A stretch of 62,085 nt of DNA, filler included. It is 7 parts of 7 records of this genome, joined end to end, with 100 filler letters (N's around TTAATTAATTAA, not from the genome) between each part and the next. Parts side by side here need not be neighbours in the genome. Positions count along the whole stretch, not along the records: positions 44,136 to 54,878 come from SRR31156797_9534; positions 54,979 to 62,085 come from SRR31156797_9536; 5 more parts are not named here. One strand, 5' to 3'. Positions within the stretch are counted from its first letter, which is position 1; every line of letters starts with the position of its first letter. The position numbers and the translations under genes were made by a program. Shown here piece after piece: positions 49,811-59,488 of the stretch. A model generated the notes under the pieces. It ran no database searches, was not told where the DNA came from, and saw nothing but the letters and a program-made list of their open reading frames with translations.

Positions 49811-50350
49811 GTGATGGAGAAGAATAAAAAAATTGTAGTTTACGGTTCAATTTTAAGTTTTCTAATTGCTTCAGCTCTTTTTGTTTACACAGTTTATGCA
49901 TCAAATATGTTGTCATATTTGTCAAGTGATCCAAAAGCCTGTATTAATTGTCATACGATGAATTCTGCGTATGCAACATGGGAAAAAAGTTCACATAAAA
50001 ATGTGGCAGGGTGTGTTGATTGTCACTTACCTGTAGGGGATGTTGTAGCTAAATACAAATCAAAAGCTATAGATGGGTGGAATCACTCTGTTGCATTCAC
50101 TCTTAACACTTATGAGAATAATATTCACATAAGTGATGATGGGGCAAGCCGTGTGCAAGCAAACTGTGTTAGATGTCATGCAAGTGAAAATGCAACACTT
50201 AAAATGAATGCTGACAAATATCACAGTGAAGAGGTTGGAAGTCTTGAGAATGGTCGTAAATGTTGGGAGTGTCACAAATTTGTGCCACACGGAAAAGTTA
50301 GAAGTTTAACATCAACTCCATATAATCTTGGTGTTAAAGTAAAAGAATAA
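49811..50350 (+). CDS. nrfH: cytochrome c nitrite reductase small subunit (tetraheme)
   Basis: N-terminal TM; CINCH, CVDCH, CVRCH, CWECH; SYLSSDPKAC. Confidence 0.96.
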   Translation: MMEKNKKIVVYGSILSFLIASALFVYTVYASNMLSYLSSDPKACINCHTMNSAYATWEKSSHKNVAGCVDCHLPVGDVVAKYKSKAIDGWNHSVAFTLNTYENNIHISDDGASRVQANCVRCHASENATLKMNADKYHSEEVGSLENGRKCWECHKFVPHGKVRSLTSTPYNLGVKVKE

Positions 50351-50366
50351 GTAGAGGTTGTTTGTT

Positions 50367-51857
50367 ATGAAAAAATACAAAATATTAATGGCAGTAAGTG
50401 TAGTTGCAATTGGTCTAATGACTGCTCTTGTAGCTTCTATTAATGAGAAAAAAGAAGAACAAGTTAAACTAAATGAGGTTCCTAAAGTAGATAGATGGGA
50501 AACAAAAAACGAAGAGTTTAGAAAACATTATCCAAGACAGTTTGATTCTTGGAAACAAACTAAAAACTCTGATGAAATTCATGATATGTTAAAAGAGTAT
50601 CCTGAGTTAGTTGTATTATGGGCAGGTTATGGTTTTGCAAAAGATTATAATGCACCTAGAGGGCACTTCTACGCAATAGAAGATAATAGAAATACACTAA
50701 GAACTGGTGGTCCAGTTGATGAGAAAACAGGTCCTATGCCAACAGCATGTTGGACATGTAAGTCTCCTGATGTTCCTAGAATGATGGATAAAGATGGTGA
50801 TATGGAGTATTATACTGGTAAATGGGCTAAATATGGTTCAGATATCATTAATCCAATAGGTTGTGTAGATTGCCATAATCCAGAAACAATGGAACTTCAA
50901 GTAAATAGAAAATATTTAGATGAGGGATTAAAAGCAGCAGGTGAAAAATCATTAGCTGAAGCAACTCAACAAGATATGAGATCTATGGTTTGTGCACAAT
51001 GTCACGTAGAGTATTACTTTGCAAAAACTCCATTAGCAGATGGTAAAAAAGCAGCAGTTGTTACTTTACCATGGGCTGAAGGTACATTAGTTGAAGAGAT
51101 GGAAAAATACTATGACAATATGGAGTTCAAAGATTGGACACATAAAGTTTCTAAAACACCTATGTTAAAAGCACAACACCCAGGTTGGGAAATGTGGAAA
51201 ACAGGTGCTCATGGTAAAAACAATGTATCTTGTGCAGATTGCCATATGCCATATGTTCAAGAAGGTGGTATTAAATATACAGACCACAACATTGGTAACC
51301 CATTAGAAAACATGGACAAATCTTGTATGAATTGTCACAGAGTAAGTGAAAAATCATTACTTGCTAATATTAATGAAAAAAGAGAAAGAAAAAATGAGCT
51401 TCATAAAAAAGCTATGAAAGCTATTGCAGCAGCTCACTTAGAAGCAGGAAAAGCTTGGGATCTTGGTGCTACTAAAGAAGAGATGGCTCCTATCTTAAAA
51501 GATATTAGACATGCTCAATGGAGATGGGATTACGCAGTTGCTTCTCACCCAGCATTCTTCCATGCACCAGAAGAGACTTTAAGAGTTCTTGGTACTGCTT
51601 TAGGAAAAGCTGGTGATGCAAGAATCAAATTAGCTAAAGTATTAGCTAAATATGGTGCTGCTGATTATAAAGCTCCTGAGATTAAAGACAAAAAACAAGC
51701 TCAAGAGATTATTGGATTACCATTTGAAAAATTAATTGAAGAAAAAATGAAATTTAGAAATGGATTAATGCAAGAGTGGAAAAAAGAAGCAGAGAAAAAA
51801 GGTGTTTATAACCCTGAGTCTACTAAAGACGTAGAAGATAAAACTTCTTATAACTAA
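50367..51857 (+). CDS. nrfA: ammonia-forming cytochrome c nitrite reductase (pentaheme)
   Basis: Active-site CWTCK plus CVDCH, CAQCH, CADCH and CMNCH; KAQHP; AQWRWD. Confidence 0.97.
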   Translation: MKKYKILMAVSVVAIGLMTALVASINEKKEEQVKLNEVPKVDRWETKNEEFRKHYPRQFDSWKQTKNSDEIHDMLKEYPELVVLWAGYGFAKDYNAPRGHFYAIEDNRNTLRTGGPVDEKTGPMPTACWTCKSPDVPRMMDKDGDMEYYTGKWAKYGSDIINPIGCVDCHNPETMELQVNRKYLDEGLKAAGEKSLAEATQQDMRSMVCAQCHVEYYFAKTPLADGKKAAVVTLPWAEGTLVEEMEKYYDNMEFKDWTHKVSKTPMLKAQHPGWEMWKTGAHGKNNVSCADCHMPYVQEGGIKYTDHNIGNPLENMDKSCMNCHRVSEKSLLANINEKRERKNELHKKAMKAIAAAHLEAGKAWDLGATKEEMAPILKDIRHAQWRWDYAVASHPAFFHAPEETLRVLGTALGKAGDARIKLAKVLAKYGAADYKAPEIKDKKQAQEIIGLPFEKLIEEKMKFRNGLMQEWKKEAEKKGVYNPESTKDVEDKTSYN

Positions 51858-51867
51858 AATATAAAAT

Positions 51868-51889
51868 AAAGAGAACTTCGGTTCTCTTT
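51868..51889 (+). terminator. intrinsic terminator after nrfA
   Basis: AAAGAGAAC-TTCG-GTTCTCTTT (cUUCGg tetraloop). Confidence 0.85.
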
Positions 51890-52004
51890 GTTTCTATTGG
51901 TACATGTAAGTAACATCAATGACTTTCATTGCAATCATCTCCTTACTTAATTAAATCTTGATGTTACTTACATGTGCTAATACAAAATACCAAGGCAATT
52001 TATC

Positions 52005-54878
52005 ATGTTAAAAAAACTTAAAACTATATTCTCAATGCCAATTGTTGTTGTGCTTTTACTATTTTTTGCACTTTCATGTGCTATTGCAACATTTATTGAA
52101 AATGATTTTGGCCCATTAGGAGCTAAATCTTTTATTTATGGGCAAACTTGGTTTGAACTTCTAATGCTTTTACTTACAGTTGCAGTAATAGTAAATATCT
52201 TTGTTTTCAAAATGTATAAAAAAGATAAATTCTTTTTATTTATGATTCATATTTCATTAGTATTTATTTTTGTTGGTTCTGCTTTAACTAGATATATGGG
52301 ATATGAAGCAAATATCACAATATATGAAGGACGAATGGAAAATAAAATGTACTCTAGTGATGAGTACATAAAAGTATATAAAGATGAAAGATTAGTATAC
52401 GATAAGAAAGTATTGATGACAAAACTAGCACAAGATAGTTTTTCATATGATACAAATATAAAAGATAAAAATATAGAGATAAAATTAAATAGATTTGTAG
52501 ATAATGCTGTTGAAAGAATTGTTCCAAGTGAAAATGGAAAACCTATGATTAATATTATTGTAAAAGGTTTTAAAGAGGCTAAAAGTATTGATTTAAGGGA
52601 TAAGCAGACGAAAACAACGAAGTTTTTAGACTTCTCTTTAAATAATAGTGTTAAAAATAGTGATAAAGCCTATGTGCATTTTGAAACAAGTGCAGAAAAG
52701 ATTTTATATAGTTCAAATCTTGAAACAACTCTTTTTACAAAAGATTACTCTTCAACTAAAACAATAAAAGCAAATCAAAAAGAGCAGTTATTTACAGATG
52801 TTATTTATAAAGTAGGGCAAACACAGTTTATAATAAATGAAGCTTCATTAAAAGGTGAAGTAAAAACTGTATATGGAAGTGAAGAGATTCCTAAAAACAA
52901 AAGATTATCTGCTGTTGTTTTAGATTTATTAATTGATGGTAAAAAACAAGAGGTTTCACTTTTTGGAAAAAGTGGATTCACTGGCTTTAAAAGAAATATT
53001 GATATCGAAGGAGAAAAGTTAACTTTACAATGGGGAACAAAGCAGTTAAAACTTCCTTTTTCTATTATGCTAAATGACTTTAGACTTCATAGATATCCTG
53101 GTTCAAATGCTCCTTCTGCTTATGAGAGTGATATTAAAATTTATGACACAGAAAATAAAAATACATTAGAGTACACAATTTATATGAATAATACTTTAGA
53201 TTACAATGGATATAGACTATTCCAGTCTTCTTACACAGAAAATGAAGATGGAACAATACTTTTAGTAAATAAAGACCCAGGTAAAGTTCCTACTTATATA
53301 GGGTATTTTTTACTGTTTTCAGGACTTATATTAAGTCTTTTTGTAAAAAAAGGAAGACTAAAAAAACTTAGTTCAAAAAAATATGATGTAGAGAGTATAA
53401 AGAAAATATATTATGCAAAAAAAGCTGTGGTTAGTTTCATATTTATCGCTTTTAGTATGTTCTTTGTGCAAACAAATAGTTTTGCAAATACTGTATTAGA
53501 GAATAATCCTAAAGTTTTAAATATCAATAAAGCTCATGCAACAAAGTTTGGCTCTCTTTTAGTTCAAGATTACCAAGGAAGAATCAAACCTGTTAACTCT
53601 TTAGCAATAGAAATTATAAATAAAATCACAAGAAAAAGTAGTGTTTATGGTTTAGATGCCAATCAATTTTTCTTAAGTATGATGTTATATCCAAAAGTAT
53701 GGCAAGAAGTAGATTTTATAAAAGTAAAAAGTGAGAGATTAAAATCAATAGTTGATGTAGAAAAAAGTACAAAGACAATCTCTTTTAATGATATTTATAC
53801 AAAAGAGGGCTTTTATAAACTAGAAGGTCATTTAGAAATAGCCAATAAAAAGAAAAGCTCTTTAAGAGATGAGTTTGATAAAGATTTAATAAAAGTAGAT
53901 GAGAGATTAAATATTGCATACACTCTTTTTACGGGTGATTTTTTAAGAGTATTTCCTAAAAAAGGTGATGCAAATAATAAGTGGCTAAATACAAATGAAG
54001 CAGTAAATTTACTTATTTCAAAAGATTCAGAAACTATAAAAAATTTAATGCAAGACTATTATTTAAAACTTGATTTGGCAACTAAAAATAAAACTTCTTG
54101 GGATGAGGTTGATGCTTCTTTAGAAAATATTATAAACTATCAAAAACAAAATGCAAATACAAATGTTATTCCAAGTGATTTAAAAATTAAAGCAGAACTA
54201 ATTTTTAATAAATACAATATTTTTGAAAACCTAACTCCTGTTTATTTAATTCTTGGGTTCTTTTTATTAGTTTTAATTTTTGTAAATATATTTAAAAGTG
54301 AGGTAAAACTAGAAAGAATTTCTAAAATAGTTTTATCATTACTTGTGATAGCTTTTATTCTTCATACTTTTGCTTTAGGACTAAGATGGTATGTTGCAGG
54401 ACATGCTCCTTGGTCAAATGGTTATGAATCAATGATTTATATCTCATGGGCGATAGTTTTAGCAGGTATTTTCTTTTCAAAGCAATCAGTTCTTGCTTTA
54501 TCAACAACTACTATCTTAAGTGGAATCACTCTTTTTGTAGCTCATCTTTCATGGATGGAGCCACAAATTACTACATTGGTTCCAGTATTAAAATCATACT
54601 GGCTAACTATTCATGTGAGTGTTATTACTGCTAGTTATGGATTTTTAGGGCTTTCTTGTTTACTTGGATTTTTATGTTTAGTTCTTTTTGCTTTAGCAAA
54701 TCCTAAAAAAGAGGATGATAAGTTTTTTAATATCTTAGTTAGTATAAAAGAGTCAAATAGAATAAATGAAATGTCTATTTTAATAGGACTCGTTCTACTT
54801 GTGATTGGAAACTTCCTTGGTGGTATTTGGGCAAATGAATCATGGGGAAGATATTGGGGATGGGATCCAAAAGAGACT
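52005..54878 (+). CDS. nrfI: CcsBA-fusion system II cytochrome c synthase, NrfI-like (3'-partial)
   Basis: ATFIENDFG, GYRLFQSSY, GHAPWSNGYES, WLTIHVS, WANESWGRYWGWDPKET (WWD domain); follows nrfHA. Confidence 0.88.
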
Positions 54879-54978
54879 NNNNNNNNNNNNNNNNNNNNNN
54901 NNNNNNNNNNNNNNNNNNNNNNTTAATTAATTAANNNNNNNNNNNNNNNNNNNNNNNNNNNNNNNNNNNNNNNNNNNN
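54879..54978. other. artificial contig linker
   Basis: 44 N + TTAATTAATTAA + 44 N. Confidence 0.99.
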
Positions 54979-54979
54979 C

Positions 54980-55441
54980 GTCATCTATACATCTCAAAAA
55001 GATGACTCATTAGCTATGCTTTATTTTATAAGAGCTATTGGAAATGATCCTAAAAATAAGAGTGCAAACTTCAACGTTGCTTCTATAGCAATGAAATATG
55101 GTGATGCTCAGACTGCATATGACAGATACTCTCTTGTTTTATCTCAGGATCCTGACAATTTAAATGCAAGACTTGGACTTGCTCTTTCACTTAGAGGTCT
55201 CGGCCGTTTTGCTGATGCTGAAAAAGAATTACAGAATGTTCTTCAGAAGGATCCAAATAACCCTGTTGCAACATTTAATCTTGGTGTTCTTTATTATGAT
55301 CATATGAACAAGAAGGTTGAAGCAAAAAGAAGCTTTAGAAAATATCTCTCAATTGCTGAAGATGTAAATGAAGAGCATATTGTTCATAAGTACCTGAAAG
55401 ATAAGGTAAATGTCAGACCTGTTGAAGAAGTTGAAGAGTAG
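54980..55441 (+). CDS. TPR protein, GltE/AglT-like (5'-partial)
   Basis: Tandem TPRs (ARLGLALSLRGLGRFADA, ATFNLGVLYYDHM); position upstream of the GltF-like gene. Confidence 0.7.
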   Translation, partial: VIYTSQKDDSLAMLYFIRAIGNDPKNKSANFNVASIAMKYGDAQTAYDRYSLVLSQDPDNLNARLGLALSLRGLGRFADAEKELQNVLQKDPNNPVATFNLGVLYYDHMNKKVEAKRSFRKYLSIAEDVNEEHIVHKYLKDKVNVRPVEEVEE

Positions 55442-55515
55442 ATGATTAAATTTGATATTTTTTTGATAATTGATAAAGTAATCAGCGTTGGATAATGAAA
55501 AGGAGGTTTACTGCA

Positions 55516-55776
55516 ATGAAGAAGCTAATGGTAATGGCAGTTGTATTGCTTGCTTTCGGGTATGCTTTTGGTCAGGATGTTGACGATCAGGGCAATCTTA
55601 TCAAGTATAGAGAAAAGACTGTTATTGACTTCGAAGATGTTATGCTTGAAGGTCAGATTAAAAAACCTTCGGGGTCTTTTTTGATGACACAGTCTAAGAA
55701 AAAGTTTAACTCTTTGATAAATCTGAAAAAAGATTTTAACAGAGAGCTTGTAAAATCGGTTGACCTTTTAAATTAG
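55516..55776 (+). CDS. GltF/CglF-like small exported protein
   Basis: RBS AGGAGG; signal peptide; YREKTVIDFEDVMLEGQIKKPSG...FNSLINLKKDF. Confidence 0.78.
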   Translation: MKKLMVMAVVLLAFGYAFGQDVDDQGNLIKYREKTVIDFEDVMLEGQIKKPSGSFLMTQSKKKFNSLINLKKDFNRELVKSVDLLN

Positions 55777-55816
55777 AATTAGTATTTGATGTTAACTATA
55801 TTATGAGGCCGGGACT

Positions 55817-57226
55817 ATGCCTGAAAAATCAAAGTTGAGAAAACGACTCCTTTACGATCTGTCTCCTATACCGGAAGTTCCGGTAAACAAGAGCGTTACT
55901 GGAAGATTGACACCCGAAATAAGGGTTGTTTACGACAACAGAGTTCTTCTTGATTTCATTAGAGTTAAGAAATCTTTCACAGTTGGAACTGAAGTTGCAG
56001 CTGATTGTACGATTGATGAGTCTTTTATAGCAGATAATGCTTACAATCTCATTAACGATGCCGGAAAGAACTACTCTCTTAATCTTCAAGATGGATTTAG
56101 TGGCTCTATCTACAGAGGAGAAGAAAAGACTGACCTTGCTGAGTATGTGAAGTCTGGAAATTCAACAGTTGATATCGATGAATCAACTCTTGTTGTTCTT
56201 GAGTTCGGAAAGATCTCAGTTTGTGCGTCAAAATCAATGGCTGAACCTTTTAAAGGTGGTGGCTTTTTTAAGCAGTTTGATGCAGCTCTTGCTATCATCA
56301 TGCTTGTTGTATTCATTCTCGGAATTTTTGGTGTGAATATGGTTATTGAAACACCTCCCGTAGAAGTAGATATTTTCGAGATCGACAACAGGTTTGCAAA
56401 ACTTATCGTTGAAGCTGATGATGATGTAGATGTTGAAGAGCTTGAAGAAGAAAAGAAAGTTAAACTTGAAAAACCAAAAGAAGGTCTCGTTGAAGCTAGT
56501 CAGCAGAGAAAGTCTCTTGGTGAAGAAGGCCGTGTTGGTAATAAGAAGAGTAAGGTTGCTAATGCACAGGGTTCTGCAAGAAGAAGTCTTGATGCAAAAG
56601 TTGCTCAGAGTTCAGGTATCATGGGAGCTCTCTCTTCAGGTGCTGCAAGTTTTGATAAAGTTTTTGGTGGTGGTGGTCTTGGTGCCGGAATGGAAAAGAC
56701 ACTTGGTTCTGTAAGTGGACTTGCAGGTGTTGACCAGTTTGGTTCAGGTGGACTTGGAACAAGAGGATTCGGTACTGGTGGTGGCGGAAACGCTCTCGGT
56801 ATCGGTGGTCTTGGAACCCGCGGACGTGGGGGCGGCGGTGGAGCCAAATATGGTATGGCTGCTGGACGTATCGGTAGAAAAGGAAGATCAAAGATCAGTG
56901 CTGGTGGTGGACAAGCTGTTATCATGGGTGCTCTTGACAGATCTGTTATTGATGCATACATCAGAAGAAACCTTGCTAAGATTAGATGGTGTTATGAAAA
57001 GGAACTTAACAAAGATCCAAAACTTTTTGGAAGAATTGTTATTAATTTCATAATTGGTAAAACAGGTTCAGTAAAAAGTTCAAAAGTTAACAGAACCACT
57101 ATGGGTAATAAAACAGTTGAAAAGTGTGTTGCAAACCAGATAAAGAAGATTCGTTTTCCTAAACCGAAAGGTGGTGGTATCGTTATCGTTAATTATCCGT
57201 TTGTATTTAAGCACTCTGAAGGCTAA
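55817..57226 (+). CDS. GltG-like protein with a TonB-like AgmX/PglI C-terminal domain
   Basis: Cytoplasmic beta-rich N-domain, single TM, Gly-rich linker, then LDRSVIDAYIRRN..IRWCYEKEL...CVANQIKKIRFPKPKGGGIVIVNYPFVF. Confidence 0.85.
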   Translation: MPEKSKLRKRLLYDLSPIPEVPVNKSVTGRLTPEIRVVYDNRVLLDFIRVKKSFTVGTEVAADCTIDESFIADNAYNLINDAGKNYSLNLQDGFSGSIYRGEEKTDLAEYVKSGNSTVDIDESTLVVLEFGKISVCASKSMAEPFKGGGFFKQFDAALAIIMLVVFILGIFGVNMVIETPPVEVDIFEIDNRFAKLIVEADDDVDVEELEEEKKVKLEKPKEGLVEASQQRKSLGEEGRVGNKKSKVANAQGSARRSLDAKVAQSSGIMGALSSGAASFDKVFGGGGLGAGMEKTLGSVSGLAGVDQFGSGGLGTRGFGTGGGGNALGIGGLGTRGRGGGGGAKYGMAAGRIGRKGRSKISAGGGQAVIMGALDRSVIDAYIRRNLAKIRWCYEKELNKDPKLFGRIVINFIIGKTGSVKSSKVNRTTMGNKTVEKCVANQIKKIRFPKPKGGGIVIVNYPFVFKHSEG

Positions 57227-57238
57227 ATGGAGAGTAAT

Positions 57239-57880
57239 ATGAAAAAAATACTGGTGATTGCTATACTTTTTCTAAGCTTTGCTCTTTTCGCTGAATCAGA
57301 GGCTGGTGCTGATGTTTCCGGAAATGACCTAAATCCAGTGCTTAGGGGATTCAATTTTCAGTTGTCAGGTGGTATACTTGCTTACGTTGGTGATGCAGGT
57401 GGAGATAATGCAGCTAGCCCTATCGGTTCTGCTTTTAAATTCAATATTGGGTACGACATTCCCATAAAGAATGTTGTTAATATTGGAATAGCTGCTTCAA
57501 TTGGTATGCTTCAATATAATGTTCAGCCAAATGATCTTGCTACATCAGGTGTTCTCGGCGATTATATAAAATCACCGTGGGTTGAAGATTACAGCCCGCT
57601 TACTGTTGGACTTGAAGTTGATGTAACATGGATGATAACAGAAAGATGGGAGCTTGGACTCCTCGTTAATTTCGACTATTATGCAATAGCTGATACTTAT
57701 AAAGCTGGTCAGTATACAAATAAGAATTCCGGCAACCTTGCTTTTGGTGGTGGATTGATTTTTGAATACTACACATTAGCAAGACACTTCTCGGTAGGAA
57801 TGTCAGCGGAATTTAACTATGTCTTAGACTTTGACGGCATGAATATCATTGTAACTCCTTTTATGAAGTATAGTTTCTAA
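57239..57880 (+). CDS. outer-membrane beta-barrel, CglE-like
   Basis: Signal peptide; alternating beta pattern; EYYTLARHFSVG; C-terminal YSF. Confidence 0.65.
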   Translation: MKKILVIAILFLSFALFAESEAGADVSGNDLNPVLRGFNFQLSGGILAYVGDAGGDNAASPIGSAFKFNIGYDIPIKNVVNIGIAASIGMLQYNVQPNDLATSGVLGDYIKSPWVEDYSPLTVGLEVDVTWMITERWELGLLVNFDYYAIADTYKAGQYTNKNSGNLAFGGGLIFEYYTLARHFSVGMSAEFNYVLDFDGMNIIVTPFMKYSF

Positions 57881-57904
57881 GATCTAAATTTGAAAGTTCA
57901 GAAA

Positions 57905-58693
57905 ATGTTTAAATCTTCTCCAATTGGAATTTTCGATAGTGGTGTAGGTGGATTAACTGTGTTTAGTGAGATACGAAAGGCTCTTCCTCATGAAGATCTT
58001 ATCTATCTCGGTGATACAGCAAGGGTTCCCTATGGTTCAAAGTCAAAAGATGTAATTAAAAGATACTCAAAACAAAATGCCGAATTCTTAATATCGAAGA
58101 ATGTTAGTATGATAGTTGTTGCATGTAATACTGCGTCAGCCGTTTCTATTTCGTATTTACGAGATCTCTTTCCTGATATTCCTATTGTTGGTGTAATTGA
58201 CCCGGTTGTGGACTATATAAAAAAGCTGTCAATTAACAAAGTCGCAGTTCTTGGTACAAACACAACTATTGAATCAAATGCATATCAAAGTGCTCTGCTT
58301 GAGAAGAAGGATTTTGAGATATTTTCTCAGCCATGCCCACTTTTTGTTCCTCTGGTAGAGGAAGGGCTGTTTGATCAACCGATAACAACAATGGCCCTCG
58401 AAATGTATTTGAGCAAACTAAAGGAAATAGAAATGGGAGCTGTTATTCTCGGTTGTACTCACTACCCTATGCTAAAGTGTCAGATCGAAAAGTATTTTGG
58501 AAAGAACACTCTAGTTTTTGATACAGCATACCACACCTCCTTAAGAGTTGCAGGGTTACGTCAGAAAAGGGGTGATATCTCAGCAAACAACAAAGGAAAT
58601 GAAGTCTTCTACGTTACAGATTCTGTTGCCTCATTTAAAAAAACTGCTGAAATGTTTCTTGGTTATAATATAGACAACATTCATCACATATAA
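57905..58693 (+). CDS. murI: glutamate racemase
   Basis: GIFDSGVGGLTV, GDTARVPYG, ACNTAS, LGCTHYP. Confidence 0.96.
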   Translation: MFKSSPIGIFDSGVGGLTVFSEIRKALPHEDLIYLGDTARVPYGSKSKDVIKRYSKQNAEFLISKNVSMIVVACNTASAVSISYLRDLFPDIPIVGVIDPVVDYIKKLSINKVAVLGTNTTIESNAYQSALLEKKDFEIFSQPCPLFVPLVEEGLFDQPITTMALEMYLSKLKEIEMGAVILGCTHYPMLKCQIEKYFGKNTLVFDTAYHTSLRVAGLRQKRGDISANNKGNEVFYVTDSVASFKKTAEMFLGYNIDNIHHI

Positions 58694-58694
58694 T

Positions 58695-58723
58695 TTGCAT
58701 TTTTTTTTATCACTGCGTATAGT
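58695..58723 (+). promoter_or_regulatory. sigma70-type promoter
   Basis: TTGCAT-17 bp-TATAGT immediately upstream of 58752. Confidence 0.55.
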
Positions 58724-58751
58724 ATAAAAAGAATTTTAATGGGGTTTGAAA

Positions 58752-59483
58752 ATGTATAGAAATATGTGTATTTTATTTTTTGCAGGGCTATTTTTAACAC
58801 AGGTTGTCTGTGCGCAGGAAATCAAAAAGGATACTCCAGATGATGCAGTCGATACGATGGACTCTTCTGAAGTGTCTGACGAGGACTCAGTTTCACAAGA
58901 TAAAAAGAGTAACAATGAGGATAAAGAGCCTGAGGAGCAGGGATACAATATTAAACTTAGAAATCTTGAAGAGAAGATCAATTCTCTGAAAGATAAGATC
59001 TTTCGTTCTAAGCAGAGACTTGCAATTCTTCAGGAAACAGTTCTCAGCGGGTCTATAGCTGGAGCGCGAGCTACTATCGTTCATAAGAATGAAGTTGGAA
59101 GCGCTTTTAAACTAGTTTCCGTGATATATTATCTTGATGAGGCTCCTGTTTATAAAAAAATTGATAAGCCTGAAGAACTTGAAAAAGATGAGATCGTTGT
59201 TTTTGACGGTTCAGTTGTTCCCGGCCCGCATCACCTTTCTGTTTATTATGTCTATAAGGGTAAAGGATATTATATATTTTCATATATGAAAGGCTATACA
59301 TTTAAAATGAAAGCAGGACACTCTTTTAATGTCGATGAAGGTAATCTTATGGAAATTACGGTTACTCCAAAGGACAAGGGGTCTTCAGTAAAAGTTGAAA
59401 ACAGATTGTCGGTTTCTTTTGATGTCAAAAAGAAGATGTATGAACAGAAATCCGATAAAAATGAAACGAATTCAGAAGAATAA
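58752..59483 (+). CDS. exported coiled-coil plus beta-domain protein of the type seen in myxobacterial TPR/Glt-associated clusters
   Basis: Signal peptide; LRNLEEKINSLKDKIFRSKQRLAILQETVL, ARATIVHKNEVG, YYLDEAPV, GSVVPGPH. Family assignment is from recall. Confidence 0.65.
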   Translation: MYRNMCILFFAGLFLTQVVCAQEIKKDTPDDAVDTMDSSEVSDEDSVSQDKKSNNEDKEPEEQGYNIKLRNLEEKINSLKDKIFRSKQRLAILQETVLSGSIAGARATIVHKNEVGSAFKLVSVIYYLDEAPVYKKIDKPEELEKDEIVVFDGSVVPGPHHLSVYYVYKGKGYYIFSYMKGYTFKMKAGHSFNVDEGNLMEITVTPKDKGSSVKVENRLSVSFDVKKKMYEQKSDKNETNSEE

Positions 59484-59488
59484 TTAAT

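Noticed and set aside
9041-54978. Six identical TTAATTAATTAA motifs within N runs
   Set aside because: These are artificial six-frame-stop contig linkers. Genes on either side are not neighbours, so no cross-contig system can be inferred.
56630-56910. GGT-rich low-complexity tract
   Set aside because: It is explained by the Gly-rich linker of the GltG-like protein.
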